64,000 nucleotides of DNA from Candidatus Saccharimonadales bacterium (GTDB lineage Bacteria; Patescibacteriota; Saccharimonadia; Saccharimonadales; JBGTLD01). The notes below the pieces were generated by a model, which was not told where the DNA came from, did no database searches, and saw only the letters and a program-made list of their open reading frames with translations. The position numbers were made by a program, and so were the translations under genes. Below are positions 18,859 to 29,793 of this stretch, piece after piece (the stretch's first letter is position 1; each line of letters opens with the position of its first letter). The stretch spans positions 16,470-80,469 of the forward strand of contig JBGTLD010000013.1 in NCBI GenBank assembly GCA_041744275.1, given 5' to 3'.

Positions 18859-20667
18859 ATGCGTATTTCAGATTCATTGGTGGAGAAGCTGCTAAACGAT
18901 GCAGACAGGGTAACTCCTGAGCAACTTGCACGGCTACATGAGCAAGAAACCGCCGAGAAAAAGCCGTTACAAGACCTTGTGATCCAGGGTGGCTTGGTTA
19001 CCGAGAAAGATCTGACGAAATTTTATGCCGAAGAAATTGATGTTCCGTATGTCGATATAAATCCAAAAGAAATACAACGTGAAATTTTAAAACTTATCCC
19101 AGAACGCATTGCGCGACAGTACCGGGTTGTACTGTTTGGCGTTGAAGAAGACGGCACCAAGTTACTTGCTATGGAAGACCCGGACGACATCCAAGCTGTT
19201 AACTTTTTACAAAAACAGCTCGGTACAAGCCTGAAAGTTCATGTGAGTACAGGCAGTAGCATTATGGCATCACTTGAGCAGTACCGGGGAAACATTGGGA
19301 GCGAGCTCACAAAGGTTGTCTCAGATGAAGCTGAAGAAGAAATCGAAGAAGAAGTAAGTGATGAAGATCTTGCAGAAGATTCGCCAATCGCCCAGACAGT
19401 AAATCTTATTATTGAGTACGCCATACGATCAAGCGCCAGTGACATCCATATTGAACCAAGAGAAAACCATGTAATTGTGCGATATCGTGTCGACGGTGTA
19501 CTCAGAGAAGCCAACAAGCTTCCAAAGAAAGTACATGGCGCACTCGTGTCTCGTATCAAGATCTTGTCAAACCTAAAAATCGATGAAAGACGCGCACCAC
19601 AAGACGGTCGTTTCAAGATACAGGTCGGAAGTGGGTTGTTTGCACTCCGCGTATCGACGCTGCCAATTACTGAAGGCGAGAAGGTCGTTATGCGTATTTT
19701 AGACGAAACAACCAGAGCCGCGACATTAGAAGAACTTGGCTATTGGGGTAAATCACTCGCAGTTGTAAACGAAGCTATAAAGCAACCGCATGGCATGGTG
19801 CTCGTAACTGGTCCGACTGGTTCAGGTAAATCAACGAGTTTATTTAGTACACTCAGCTTACTGAACAAGCCAACTGTGAACATTTCTACAATTGAAGATC
19901 CCGTTGAGTATAAAATTCCAGGTGCAAACCAAACGCAGGTTAATCCTAAAGCAGGTATGACCTTTGCTGCAGGACTCCGGGCGCTTTTGCGTCAAGACCC
20001 AAATATCATTATGGTTGGTGAGATTCGCGACTCAGAAACTGCAGGGCTTGGTGTGCAAGCAGCGTTGACTGGTCACCTCGTGTTTGCAACGCTCCACACA
20101 AACAACGCTGCAACCTGCTTGCCTCGACTTCTCGATATGGGTATTGAACCATTTTTGATTGCTAGTACCGTTCGTGTCGTCGTGGGTCAGCGACTCGTAC
20201 GACGTCTTTGCGTAGATTGCCGCGAAGAAGAAGTGCCCGACACAGCGACTATAAAGCAGATCTCCGATGCATTTCATATAGACAACCCAGCTGTTATGAA
20301 GCACGTTCATCTTATCGAACAGGAGGCACTTGACGGTGGTATTGGGAAAGCGAACGCAGGCAAAGGAAAGGTTGATACAGAAAAACTATCAACAACAGAA
20401 ACGAAGATTACGCGCATTTTCAAAGTTCATGAAGGTGGCTGTGACAGTTGCAACCACATAGGCTACAAAGGTCGAATGGGTATTTATGAGGCCCTCGATA
20501 ACTCGTCGGATGTACAAAAACTCATTGTAGGCAACGCAACAAGCGATCAAATTCAGGAACAATCTATAAAAGATGGCATGATAACCATGCAGGTCGATGG
20601 CTTTATTAAAGCACTTCGTGGACAAACAACAATCGAAGAAATACTTCGTGTGACTTCAGAAAAATAA
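18859..20667 (+). CDS. pilB: Type IV pilus assembly ATPase PilB/GspE
   Basis: ASDIHIEP, GPTGSGKS, LRQDPNIIMVGEIRD and zinc CxxC pairs; start placed at ATG 18859 after TATACT. Confidence 0.93.
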   Translation: MRISDSLVEKLLNDADRVTPEQLARLHEQETAEKKPLQDLVIQGGLVTEKDLTKFYAEEIDVPYVDINPKEIQREILKLIPERIARQYRVVLFGVEEDGTKLLAMEDPDDIQAVNFLQKQLGTSLKVHVSTGSSIMASLEQYRGNIGSELTKVVSDEAEEEIEEEVSDEDLAEDSPIAQTVNLIIEYAIRSSASDIHIEPRENHVIVRYRVDGVLREANKLPKKVHGALVSRIKILSNLKIDERRAPQDGRFKIQVGSGLFALRVSTLPITEGEKVVMRILDETTRAATLEELGYWGKSLAVVNEAIKQPHGMVLVTGPTGSGKSTSLFSTLSLLNKPTVNISTIEDPVEYKIPGANQTQVNPKAGMTFAAGLRALLRQDPNIIMVGEIRDSETAGLGVQAALTGHLVFATLHTNNAATCLPRLLDMGIEPFLIASTVRVVVGQRLVRRLCVDCREEEVPDTATIKQISDAFHIDNPAVMKHVHLIEQEALDGGIGKANAGKGKVDTEKLSTTETKITRIFKVHEGGCDSCNHIGYKGRMGIYEALDNSSDVQKLIVGNATSDQIQEQSIKDGMITMQVDGFIKALRGQTTIEEILRVTSEK

Positions 20668-20675
20668 GGAATTAT

Positions 20676-21887
20676 ATGAAATTTGCGTACACTGCAGTCA
20701 CAAAAGACGGGAAAACAGTTCAAGGAACAGCAGATGCGAGTAGTCGTGAAGGTTTAGTGAGCTTGCTAAGCGGTCAAGGGCTTCGGCCGGTTGTCATTAA
20801 AGAGGGCAAAACTACCACTAAAAATAAAGGTGGTGGCAAAAAGGTAAAGAACCGTGACCTCGTAATATTTACTCGTCAACTCTCAACGATGATCTCAGCT
20901 GGAGTCCCGCTAACGCGCGCAATGAACACACTTCAAGAGCAGACAGAAAGTAAGAACTTCAAAGAAGCGCTTACTATGATCATGAAAGAGATCGAAGGTG
21001 GTCAACCGCTTGGTGATACGCTTGCCAAGCACCCAAGGATCTTTTCGGATGTATACGTAAACATGGTACGTGCTGGTGAAGCCGGCGGTATCCTGGATGA
21101 CATCCTTAAGCGTCTAGCTTCTCAAGTAGAACAAGATTCAAGTATCAAAAAGAAGATTAAGAGCGCTATGACATACCCAGTAGTGCTGATTGGCATTACG
21201 GTTCTTGCCTTCTTTGGTATTATGTTTTTCGTTATTCCCCAGCTTGGTGCAATTCTTGTTGATTTAGGTGGACCAGATGCAGAACTACCTATTTACACAC
21301 AAGTACTATTAGACCTGAGTTCATTTATGAAAAGTAATGCAATTTTAATTTTTGCGGTAATTGGCGCATCGGTATTTTTTGGCAAACGATACATCAAGAC
21401 ACCAAAAGGTAAATATCAATTTCACTCACTGTTGCTGCGAATTCCTCTTATTAAAACGGTTGTAACGAAGATAGCAATTGCCCGATTTTCACGAACATTC
21501 GCATCGCTCATGTCAGCCGGTGTAGGTGTCCTCGATGCACTTGAAGTTACTGGCGCTGCAATTGGCAATAAAGTTATTGAAGCTGAGCTAAAAGAGGCAG
21601 CAAGAGCCATTAAAAACGGCAAGCAACTCAGCGAACCACTTTCCACGAGTAAGCACTTTCCACCAATTGTTGCACAAATGCTTGCGATTGGTGAAGAGAC
21701 TGGTCAAATCGACACGATTCTCATTAAGGTAGCCGACTTCTACGAAGAAGAGGTTGGAAACACCATCGAAAGCCTCAGCTCTATAATTGAACCGATTATG
21801 ATTGTCTTCTTGGGAGGCATGGTGGGGATTATAGCCGCAAGTGTAATGGGCCCTATTGCGAGTCTCAGCCAAAACGTTGGCGGCTAG
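20676..21887 (+). CDS. pilC: Type IV pilus platform protein PilC/GspF
   Basis: FTRQLSTMISAGVPL, AGEAGG, AMTYP and GEETG motifs. Confidence 0.93.
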   Translation: MKFAYTAVTKDGKTVQGTADASSREGLVSLLSGQGLRPVVIKEGKTTTKNKGGGKKVKNRDLVIFTRQLSTMISAGVPLTRAMNTLQEQTESKNFKEALTMIMKEIEGGQPLGDTLAKHPRIFSDVYVNMVRAGEAGGILDDILKRLASQVEQDSSIKKKIKSAMTYPVVLIGITVLAFFGIMFFVIPQLGAILVDLGGPDAELPIYTQVLLDLSSFMKSNAILIFAVIGASVFFGKRYIKTPKGKYQFHSLLLRIPLIKTVVTKIAIARFSRTFASLMSAGVGVLDALEVTGAAIGNKVIEAELKEAARAIKNGKQLSEPLSTSKHFPPIVAQMLAIGEETGQIDTILIKVADFYEEEVGNTIESLSSIIEPIMIVFLGGMVGIIAASVMGPIASLSQNVGG

Positions 21888-22011
21888 AATTCAATCGTGA
21901 AATAATGCTTGGAAATAACCTTGCTTATGGTTATAATCATCGCTAGATACTTGCACTCATGCGGGATCAATAATGTAATCAAAACTTTTTAGAAAGGGTG
22001 GGTCCTACAAA

Positions 22012-22482
22012 ATGACTCTACAACGCAAACAACAAGGTTTCACAATCGTGGAGCTTTTGATTGTCATCGTCGTGATTGGTATATTGGCACTATTAGTTGT
22101 CACAACTTTCACAGGAATTCAACAACGAGCACGTAACACAGAGCGAGAGACTGACATTAAGTCACTCCACAGTCAGCTTGAGGCTTTCTATGCACAAGAG
22201 GGTTACTACCCTGACTTAGCAAACCTTAACAACGACACGTGGCGAACGACAAACCTTCGTGGTATCGACACAGAAGCTTTTAGAGATCCAGGTGCTAGTG
22301 ATGCAGTTGGAACTACTCTCGCAGCGACAAACACTGGTCTAGATAAGCAGTACGCATACGTGCCAGCCGAGTGTGACGGCGCAGAGTGTCAAGAATACAC
22401 ACTCTATGCTGCACCAGAAGGTAGCACTGAGCAACTTGAACGACCAAGCTTAAATTCAGTTCCTCCTGCAACGACACCGTAG
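22012..22482 (+). CDS. Type IV pilin, probably the major pilin
   Basis: QG/FTIVELLIVIVVIGILA; upstream purine-rich RBS-like tract and own terminator. Confidence 0.9.
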   Translation: MTLQRKQQGFTIVELLIVIVVIGILALLVVTTFTGIQQRARNTERETDIKSLHSQLEAFYAQEGYYPDLANLNNDTWRTTNLRGIDTEAFRDPGASDAVGTTLAATNTGLDKQYAYVPAECDGAECQEYTLYAAPEGSTEQLERPSLNSVPPATTP

Positions 22483-22498
22483 CTTCCCCTCTCTCCAC

Positions 22499-22530
22499 AA
22501 TAAAACCCGGAAATATATCCGGGTTTTATT
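22499..22530 (+). terminator. Intrinsic terminator after the pilin gene
   Basis: AATAAAACCCGGA-aatata-TCCGGGTTTTATT inverted repeat with U-tract. Confidence 0.85.
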
Positions 22531-22560
22531 ATTTTATGGGTATAATGGAGCGTAAGCGTT

Positions 22561-22965
22561 ATGTATAGAAAAAGAAGCATTAAAGACGAAGGGTTCACAG
22601 TTGTTGAACTGATAGTCACTATAGTAGTTTGTGCAATTTTAGTTATTGCAGTAAACAGCGTTGTTGTGTCGCATGTGTTTATTGTTCAAAAGGGTCGCGA
22701 CGCCGCAATTAGTAATGCCTTTTCGGAAGCAAAAATTGAGTCACTCAGAAGTGGTGGCTACCTGTCGCTCAATAACGGCACCGTAAACATTACCAGCGAA
22801 CTACCAGACGAATTATCCGCGCCACGATCAGCAAACCTCGCTATATCCGACCATAGTCCAGGAATGAAACAGATAAACCTTGTGATTACGTACAACGAAC
22901 AAGGCACAGCCAGGACTTCGACATACCAAACACTGATTGGAGAACTCGGTGCTGGCCAAAACTAA
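22561..22965 (+). CDS. Minor pilin (PilV-like)
   Basis: EG/FTVVELIV class III signal peptide. Confidence 0.85.
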   Translation: MYRKRSIKDEGFTVVELIVTIVVCAILVIAVNSVVVSHVFIVQKGRDAAISNAFSEAKIESLRSGGYLSLNNGTVNITSELPDELSAPRSANLAISDHSPGMKQINLVITYNEQGTARTSTYQTLIGELGAGQN

Positions 22966-23629
22966 TAACTCTGAAAAAGGCTTCACAGTAACCGAGCTTA
23001 TTGTTTCAATTACACTGATTGGTATTATTTCGGTGGTTGTACTAACTGTAGTTTCAAACTATCTCGTTATCATTACTCGTAACAATTTTATGGTAGATAT
23101 GACCGTATCATCACAAAACCTCCTACGAACAACCGTAGAGGAGCTGAGATACGGTGCAGGCGTACAGAGTACAAATACGATTGATGACCCGAACGCCGAT
23201 GAACCAGCTGGTGGTTGGAATACCAGTAATGAGGCTGTTGTTGTTATCATTGCCCAGCCGGCAACTGACATAAGCCGTGACTATATTATTGATAATCTCA
23301 CAGGTCAGCCGTACGTAAATGAGCTTGTATACTATAAACGGGACAGCATATTATACAGACGTACTCTCGCTAATCCGCTTGCATCCGGTAATAGAGCAGT
23401 TACCACCTGTACCCCGTCCACAGCTACGGCCACATGCCCGGCAGATAGAATTTTGAATGAAAACCTTGAATCAATGGTTTTTACGCTATTTAATCAGGAT
23501 AATGCTATTACAACAGATCCGTCAGCCGCTCGGGCTTTAACAATTAACCTCGAGCTTCGTAAGCAAACATTTGGAGACCCACTAACGCTCACTAATTCGA
23601 TAACCGTTGCCTTTAGGAATCGCTTCTAA
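22937..23629 (+). CDS. Minor pilin (PilW-like)
   Basis: KG/FTVTELIV class III signal peptide. Confidence 0.85.
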   Translation: MENSVLAKTNNSEKGFTVTELIVSITLIGIISVVVLTVVSNYLVIITRNNFMVDMTVSSQNLLRTTVEELRYGAGVQSTNTIDDPNADEPAGGWNTSNEAVVVIIAQPATDISRDYIIDNLTGQPYVNELVYYKRDSILYRRTLANPLASGNRAVTTCTPSTATATCPADRILNENLESMVFTLFNQDNAITTDPSAARALTINLELRKQTFGDPLTLTNSITVAFRNRF

Positions 23630-25008
23630 TGAAATATAATCTGAGAACAAACACAGATGGATCCGCCCTATTAACAGTCATTATAGTGCTACCGATACTT
23701 ATTACTATCACACTATCGTACATGAGCCTTTCGGTGACCAGTCTGCGGCTTGCAGTCTTTGACAAAATGCGCACCCATGCACAATTTGCGGTGGATGCCG
23801 GCGTAGATATTGCGGCACAAGAAATCAACAACGACCCTTCTTGGGCTGGGTCTCAAGATGAATTTGGAACTTTAGGCGAAATAGAAGTTATGAATCAAGA
23901 TAATGTCCGCACTACCTATGAATCTGTTGTGACAAATATCAACGACAATCGCAAGTTAGTAACTGTCGTGGGCCGAACATACAACCCGAGCGTCGATACG
24001 ACACCTACAACTTCAATAACAATTAATGCAGAGCTGCGAGCGGTACGTGCTGGAGACTTCAGTATCGTAACTGGAGTAGGTGGGTTGTTTCTCAGTAATA
24101 GCGCCAGAATATTAGGTGGAGATGTGCTCGTAAATGGTGTGATCGAAATGTCTAACACTGCTCAGATTGGGCTAAGCAACAATCCCGTAGAAGTTAATGT
24201 GGCTCATCAAAACTGTCCGAACCCCCCAGACGCCACGTATCCACGACTGTGTGGCAGTGGTGAGAATGGTCAACCAATTTCCATAAGTAACAGCGCGTTT
24301 ATTTATGGTAATGTGCGAGCGAACAACCAAACAAATACAAATGGCATTAGTAATCTAGTCGCGAGTTCCGGTGTGACACCTCAGCTACTACCAGGGCATG
24401 ATCGTGCTGCTCAAACAAGCGCAGTTACCACTACAAGAACAGGTTCCAGCGCTTCCTGTACATCCGTTAACGGCACAAGAACGTGGGCAGCGAATACGCG
24501 CATAACAGGAAATGTAGAAATAGATAAAAACTGTAGAATCACCATTATGGGCGATGTTTGGATTGAAGGTAATCTTACGCTCGGTAACTCTGGGCAAATT
24601 ATTGTCAGTGATAGCTTAGGAGCTACACGTCCAAACATCATGGTAGATGGCAAAGATACAAAACTGCGCAATACATCACAAATTACGAGCAACAACGTTT
24701 CTACCGGAGTTCAAGTTATTAGTTACTGGAGTAGTTCTGCGTGTTCACCAAACTGCAGCAACGTCACAGGAGTAGATCTATTCAATTCTAGTGACGAAAT
24801 AACAATTGAGCTCGATAACTCCGCGGCGGGGCCAAATTCAATATTTTACTCCAAATGGTCACGGGTATTGATATCCAATAGTGGCCAGATCGGAGCCCTT
24901 ATAGGGCAAACTGTCGAACTCAGGAATAACTCTGCAATCACATTTGGCACATCGGTGGGCGTCGGTGATACGTTTTGGGTTTTAGATGGCTACCGAAGGA
25001 GCTTTTAG
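23629..25008 (+). CDS. PilX-like minor pilin with large Cys-containing beta-rich domain
   Basis: DG/SALLTVII (no Glu5) and AQFAVDAGV motif typical of PilX N-termini. Confidence 0.8.
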   Translation: MKYNLRTNTDGSALLTVIIVLPILITITLSYMSLSVTSLRLAVFDKMRTHAQFAVDAGVDIAAQEINNDPSWAGSQDEFGTLGEIEVMNQDNVRTTYESVVTNINDNRKLVTVVGRTYNPSVDTTPTTSITINAELRAVRAGDFSIVTGVGGLFLSNSARILGGDVLVNGVIEMSNTAQIGLSNNPVEVNVAHQNCPNPPDATYPRLCGSGENGQPISISNSAFIYGNVRANNQTNTNGISNLVASSGVTPQLLPGHDRAAQTSAVTTTRTGSSASCTSVNGTRTWAANTRITGNVEIDKNCRITIMGDVWIEGNLTLGNSGQIIVSDSLGATRPNIMVDGKDTKLRNTSQITSNNVSTGVQVISYWSSSACSPNCSNVTGVDLFNSSDEITIELDNSAAGPNSIFYSKWSRVLISNSGQIGALIGQTVELRNNSAITFGTSVGVGDTFWVLDGYRRSF

Positions 25009-25082
25009 GTGTACAAAATCAGCCGTAACGGGTATAGTATTGACTAGTTAACCCCTTATGCTTGGATGGGCAAGCAGAACTC

Positions 25083-26144
25083 ATGAATACGACACTTTTC
25101 TATCACGACAAACCACTTTTTGGCCTCGACATCGGATTTAGCAGCATTAAAGTTATGCAAATCCATGCACTTGAAAAAAAATACATTGTATCTGGTTATG
25201 GTGTTGCTGCTTTTGATTCAGAAATAATCAAAGATGGAGTACTAGAAGATCCTGTAGCACTTGCAAAAGTGTCTAAAGAACTTTTTGAAAGCAAGCTCAT
25301 TGGTGACATAACGAGCCGAAGAGTTGCCATTGCAGTACCTGCCAGTCGAACATTTAACCGGACCATCGTGCTGCCAAAATTAAAGGTAAACGACTTATCA
25401 GAAGCTGTACGGCTTGAAGCAGAACAATACATTCCAATGCCACTTGATGATTTGTACATGGACTACGAAGTTATATCCGAAGCAAACGATTCGACAGAAG
25501 TGTTGGCTGTTGCAGTACCGAAAAAAATTATAGATTCATATCACAAACTCACAGAACTCTTAGGGCTTGAGGTGGTCAGTTTTGAAACGACTATTAGCTC
25601 TGCTGGTAGGCTTTTTCTGCAAGCAGAACAAAGCGACATACCAACGGTACTTATTGACCTTGGATCCCTTTCTAGTGATATTACGATTTATGATAAAGGT
25701 CTTGTCGTAACTGGCACAGTCCCAAGCGGTGGCGATAACTTCAGTTCATTGATCTCAGAATCGTTAGGAGTTACAAAACAAGAAGCACATATTATCAAAA
25801 CCAAGTACGGCCTTGGTGTAAGCAAAAAGCAAAAAGAAATAACTGATTGTTTAAGCCCCATACTGTTACAGCTCGTAAAAGAGATCAAGCGCATGATTCG
25901 TTACTACGAGGAACGCTCGGGCACCGAGAAAAAAATTGGCCAGATTGTCACCATGGGTGGTGGCGCAAATATGCCCGGGTTGTCCGAATACATGACAAAC
26001 TCACTGCGTATCCCCGTGCGAATGTGTGACCCGTGGCAGCACCTAGACTTTAAGGGACTACAACCGCCAAACACAATTGAGAAATCAATGTATGTCACCG
26101 TTGCAGGACTCGCACTTGCCCAACCGAAAGAGATATTCGTATGA
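25083..26144 (+). CDS. pilM: Type IV pilus assembly protein PilM
   Basis: GLDIGFSSIKV, EAEQYIP and GGGANMPGL actin-fold motifs. Confidence 0.93.
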   Translation: MNTTLFYHDKPLFGLDIGFSSIKVMQIHALEKKYIVSGYGVAAFDSEIIKDGVLEDPVALAKVSKELFESKLIGDITSRRVAIAVPASRTFNRTIVLPKLKVNDLSEAVRLEAEQYIPMPLDDLYMDYEVISEANDSTEVLAVAVPKKIIDSYHKLTELLGLEVVSFETTISSAGRLFLQAEQSDIPTVLIDLGSLSSDITIYDKGLVVTGTVPSGGDNFSSLISESLGVTKQEAHIIKTKYGLGVSKKQKEITDCLSPILLQLVKEIKRMIRYYEERSGTEKKIGQIVTMGGGANMPGLSEYMTNSLRIPVRMCDPWQHLDFKGLQPPNTIEKSMYVTVAGLALAQPKEIFV

Positions 26145-26731
26145 TAAATCTACTATCACCCGATATTAAGTCCTCTCTGCTGTATGCCCGGCGTAATGTA
26201 GTGATCAGAAAAGTACTCTTTGGTTTTATTTGTGGTGTTATCGGTATTGTTGCAATAATACTATTCGGCTCAATGTATTTAAACCGAGAAATTAGTCGCA
26301 CGTCGGCTCAAATCGAACAAACAAAAACACTATTGGCAGAACAAAAACTAGAAGAGACACAGGAGCGAGTATCGTCGATAAGTGATAGTTTGAAGCTTGT
26401 CGTAGAAGTACTTTCACAGCAAATAGTGTTCTCGCGTATGATCAGACAAGTCGGAGCGGTCACACCCGAAGGTGCAGTACTCTCAAACCTTACCATCAGC
26501 ACTATCACTGGTGGCATTGACTTAACATTTGAAACAGCAGACCAACAAACTGGTACGCAAGTACTCTTAAACATTCAAGACCCTGCCAATGAACTATTCG
26601 CACAAGCAGATATAGAAAAAATCAGTTGTAATAACGTCGCATTGAATACCATCTACCCATGTAGCGTCACAATTCGTGCGCTCTTTGGTGACAATAGCCC
26701 CTACCTGTTGATTAGCAAGGAGCAAAATTAA
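26141..26731 (+). CDS. pilN: PilN-like assembly protein
   Basis: N-terminal INLL motif + TM; follows pilM. Confidence 0.8.
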   Translation: MINLLSPDIKSSLLYARRNVVIRKVLFGFICGVIGIVAIILFGSMYLNREISRTSAQIEQTKTLLAEQKLEETQERVSSISDSLKLVVEVLSQQIVFSRMIRQVGAVTPEGAVLSNLTISTITGGIDLTFETADQQTGTQVLLNIQDPANELFAQADIEKISCNNVALNTIYPCSVTIRALFGDNSPYLLISKEQN

Positions 26732-27343
26732 ATGACAAGTAAGAAACTATTCTATGTAATGATAGGTTTGGTTGCTTTAGTTTCAATATTAGGAGCCGGC
26801 TCAATAATTCTTGGTGACAATCACCTTGCATCAAAATCATCACGGCTTAAGGAGTTGCGAACAGAGAGTGAAGCTCTCGATCAACAACAACTATTACTGA
26901 TTAACGCCAAGCGTGACCTTGCAGAATTTGATGAACTAGAAATGGTATCGAAAAGCATTGTTCCGCAAGATAAAGATCAAGCTAAAACAATCCGAGAATT
27001 ACTGGCAATTGCCTCCGAAGCTGAAATTCCTATTGAAGCAATCTCCTTCCCTGACTCAAGCCTTGGAGAAGTAACAAGAAGAGGCTCGGGCGACCAATCC
27101 AGTCGACAACAAGCTAGCATAACACAAGCGACACCCGTAGAGGGCGTAACAGGCTTATTTGTAATTACTATCAACCTCAGTGTCGGGCAAACTGTGACTT
27201 ATGATCAACTCATAAACTTCCTCGAGAAACTTGAACAAAATCGTCGTACCGCACAAGTAGCATCACTCTCAATCGACCCCGACTCAAACGATAGAAACCT
27301 TGTTACCTTCAATGTATCAATTAATGTATATGTAAAGCCGTAA
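26732..27343 (+). CDS. pilO: PilO-like assembly protein
   Basis: TM + coiled coil + YDQLINFLEKLEQNRR. Confidence 0.8.
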   Translation: MTSKKLFYVMIGLVALVSILGAGSIILGDNHLASKSSRLKELRTESEALDQQQLLLINAKRDLAEFDELEMVSKSIVPQDKDQAKTIRELLAIASEAEIPIEAISFPDSSLGEVTRRGSGDQSSRQQASITQATPVEGVTGLFVITINLSVGQTVTYDQLINFLEKLEQNRRTAQVASLSIDPDSNDRNLVTFNVSINVYVKP

Positions 27344-27345
27344 TT

Positions 27346-27651
27346 ATGAATCTAGACATAAAAGACATCAGCAAAATAAGCCAACCGCTTCTACACTTCC
27401 TAAAGCGCTTTGGAATCACACTCACTCTACTATTATTTTTAGCTGTGTATGCGTTTTTAGTAATCAGGGTTAACAGTTTTGCAAATGTTGAACCAGCAGA
27501 CGATGAGGTGCAAGCTAAGGTTAATACAATTGCGCGGCCGCGAATAGACAGAGGTATTATTGATACTGTTACTGATTTTGAACAACGAAACATTGAGACT
27601 CAAACATTATTCCAACAAGCACGAAACAACCCTTTTGCTGAATCGGAGTAA
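27346..27651 (+). CDS. Small membrane-anchored pilus-cluster protein (PilP-like RNNPF motif)
   Basis: Single TM and C-terminal RNNPF; last gene of the pil operon. Confidence 0.65.
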   Translation: MNLDIKDISKISQPLLHFLKRFGITLTLLLFLAVYAFLVIRVNSFANVEPADDEVQAKVNTIARPRIDRGIIDTVTDFEQRNIETQTLFQQARNNPFAESE

Positions 27652-27672
27652 ACCCCTGCAACCTCTAAGTGT

Positions 27673-28704
27673 CTAATCGATAATGGATGTTTGGTTTTTT
27701 GGTGACTGTATTCCTAGATGGGTGTAGGCTTTTGCGGTTGCTTTTCTACCCCGAGGTGTACGCTCTAAAAGTCCAATCTGCATAAGATACGGCTCAAAAA
27801 AATCCTCAATGGTAGATCGCTCGTCACCCGTCAGCGCAGCAAGCGTATCAAGGCCAACCGGGCCGCCGTTATAATGTTCGATTATTTTTTCGAGTACTCT
27901 GCGGTCAGCAGGGTCTAGCCCAAGTTCATCTATCTCGAGTAACTTCAAGGCCCCGTGAGTTATGGTGCTATCTATGATACCGTCACCGTTTATATCGGCA
28001 AAATCACGAACTCGCTTTAGTAAACGATTGGCAATCCTCGGTGTAAGTCTTGCACGTGCTGCAAGGTGGCCGGCTGCAATTTTATCAATCTGCACGTTTA
28101 ATATCGCGGCAGCTCGAACAATTATTTCTGATATTTCGTCGGTATTATAAAATTCAAGTCTGTGTTGTATGCCAAACCTATCCCTCAACGGAGCCGCCAG
28201 TGAACCAGTCCGGGTAGTGGCACCAATAATCGTAAACTTCGGTAGATCGAGCCGTAAGCTGCGAGCACTCGGCCCCTTTCCAAGCATAATGTCGAGCTTA
28301 AAGTCTTCCATTGCACTGTACAGCACTTCCTCGACGCTTCGGTGGAGTCGATGTATTTCGTCGATAAACAATATGTCGCCGTTTTGTAAGTTAGTCAATA
28401 AACTCGCAAGATCACCTGCCCGCTCAATTGCTGGTCCGCTCGTGATACGGATATTCGCACCCATTTCATGTGCAATAACACTTGCCATGGTAGTCTTGCC
28501 AAGTCCAGGCGGCCCGTAAAGCAAGACATGGTCAATCGGCTCTTCTCTCTTTTTTGCAGCAGCGATAGCTAACTGCATATTGTTCTTTAAACGCTCTTGC
28601 CCTATGTAGCTCGCAAAATCTTTGGGTCGTAGCGTCACCTCAAGTTCAACTTCAACAGGATCGTCAACCGGAATACTAGGCTGGACTATACGTTCAATTG
28701 CCAT
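27673..28704 (-). CDS. ruvB: Holliday junction helicase RuvB
   Basis: [20 protein letters not shown] and RTPRGR motifs. Confidence 0.98.
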   Translation of the reverse strand: MAIERIVQPSIPVDDPVEVELEVTLRPKDFASYIGQERLKNNMQLAIAAAKKREEPIDHVLLYGPPGLGKTTMASVIAHEMGANIRITSGPAIERAGDLASLLTNLQNGDILFIDEIHRLHRSVEEVLYSAMEDFKLDIMLGKGPSARSLRLDLPKFTIIGATTRTGSLAAPLRDRFGIQHRLEFYNTDEISEIIVRAAAILNVQIDKIAAGHLAARARLTPRIANRLLKRVRDFADINGDGIIDSTITHGALKLLEIDELGLDPADRRVLEKIIEHYNGGPVGLDTLAALTGDERSTIEDFFEPYLMQIGLLERTPRGRKATAKAYTHLGIQSPKNQTSIID

Positions 28705-29285
28705 TAGCGGACACCCCTCAGTGCTTGGGTAATTCTTTCTTCAAGAGGTAAACCTGTGTCAATTTTATCGAGCGCTGCTTGCGCATCGTATTCAGAATAA
28801 CCGAGCGCCATAAGTGCTTGCGCTGCTTCGTCGGCTTGGTTTATGCCCCCTCGGTTCACAATTCCCTCTGCAGTATCCGACGCAATAAGTCCCATTTTGT
28901 CTCGCAGCTCTACAACCATTTGTTCTGCCGCTCGCTTCCCTACTCCTTTTGCAGTCTGCAGCAGCTTCACGTCTCCACTCGCAATAGCTGTACGTACGAC
29001 ATCGGTTGAGCCAATTCCTAGCACTGCAAGCGCTACCTTTGGCCCAACATTTTTTACTTTAAGCAGTTGCTCAAATAGTTTTTTACCATCTATTGTTTTG
29101 AAGCCAAATAAATCATGCGCGTCTTCTTTGATATTTTCATAAATGTATAATTTTATGGGTGAATCTACAGCTGCCGTTTCGTGCTCTGATACAGATAACA
29201 ACACACCATACCCGACACCTTGTACATCAAGCACCACGCTATCGAGCGTCTTTTCAGCAACTATACCTTTTAACCAAGCAATCAT
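28704..29285 (-). CDS. ruvA: Holliday junction DNA-binding protein RuvA
   Basis: MIAWLKG, GVGY, VGPKVAL and GVGKRAAE motifs. Confidence 0.96.
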   Translation of the reverse strand: MIAWLKGIVAEKTLDSVVLDVQGVGYGVLLSVSEHETAAVDSPIKLYIYENIKEDAHDLFGFKTIDGKKLFEQLLKVKNVGPKVALAVLGIGSTDVVRTAIASGDVKLLQTAKGVGKRAAEQMVVELRDKMGLIASDTAEGIVNRGGINQADEAAQALMALGYSEYDAQAALDKIDTGLPLEERITQALRGVR

Positions 29286-29313
29286 GTCGTCATTATCTCA
29301 TATTCTGTGAGTT

Positions 29314-29793
29314 TCAGGCGTATCGAGCCGACATAGAATGACATATTGCAGCCGCCAGTGCATCAGCACTGTCATCTGGCTTAGGTACTTCTTGCAGACT
29401 GAGAAGCACACGAACCATTTCTTGGATTTGCTTTTTGTCGGCCTTACCATACCCCGTAATTGCCTGCTTAATCTGTAGTGGGGTGTATTCAAATAGCTCT
29501 AAATTGCTTTGTTTGCCACATAGTAATACGACCCCTCTCGCTTGCGCGACAGACATTGCAGTCGTAACGTTTTGAGCAAAAAATAGCTTCTCCACAGACA
29601 TTATTTGAGGCTTAAACTCATTGATAATGTCTGTTAACTCATCAAATATAGTGACCAGCCTATCGCTATCTGGCTGGTGAGGTGGCGTTTTGATGACACC
29701 TGCGTCAACCATAACCATCTTTGTATTCTGAGTTACATCTATAATCCCGAAACCCAATATGCCTGTTCCTGGGTCTATGCCAAGTATTCTCAT
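29314..29793 (-). CDS. ruvC: Holliday junction resolvase RuvC
   Basis: ILGIDPG, EKLFF and DDSADALAAA motifs. Confidence 0.97.
   Translation of the reverse strand: MRILGIDPGTGILGFGIIDVTQNTKMVMVDAGVIKTPPHQPDSDRLVTIFDELTDIINEFKPQIMSVEKLFFAQNVTTAMSVAQARGVVLLCGKQSNLELFEYTPLQIKQAITGYGKADKKQIQEMVRVLLSLQEVPKPDDSADALAAAICHSMSARYA

Noticed and set aside
18859-27651. Type IV pilus cluster lacking pilQ, pilT and pilD as a novel system
   Set aside because: No secretin is expected in a monoderm, and pilT/pilD are commonly encoded elsewhere; this arrangement is known in Saccharibacteria.
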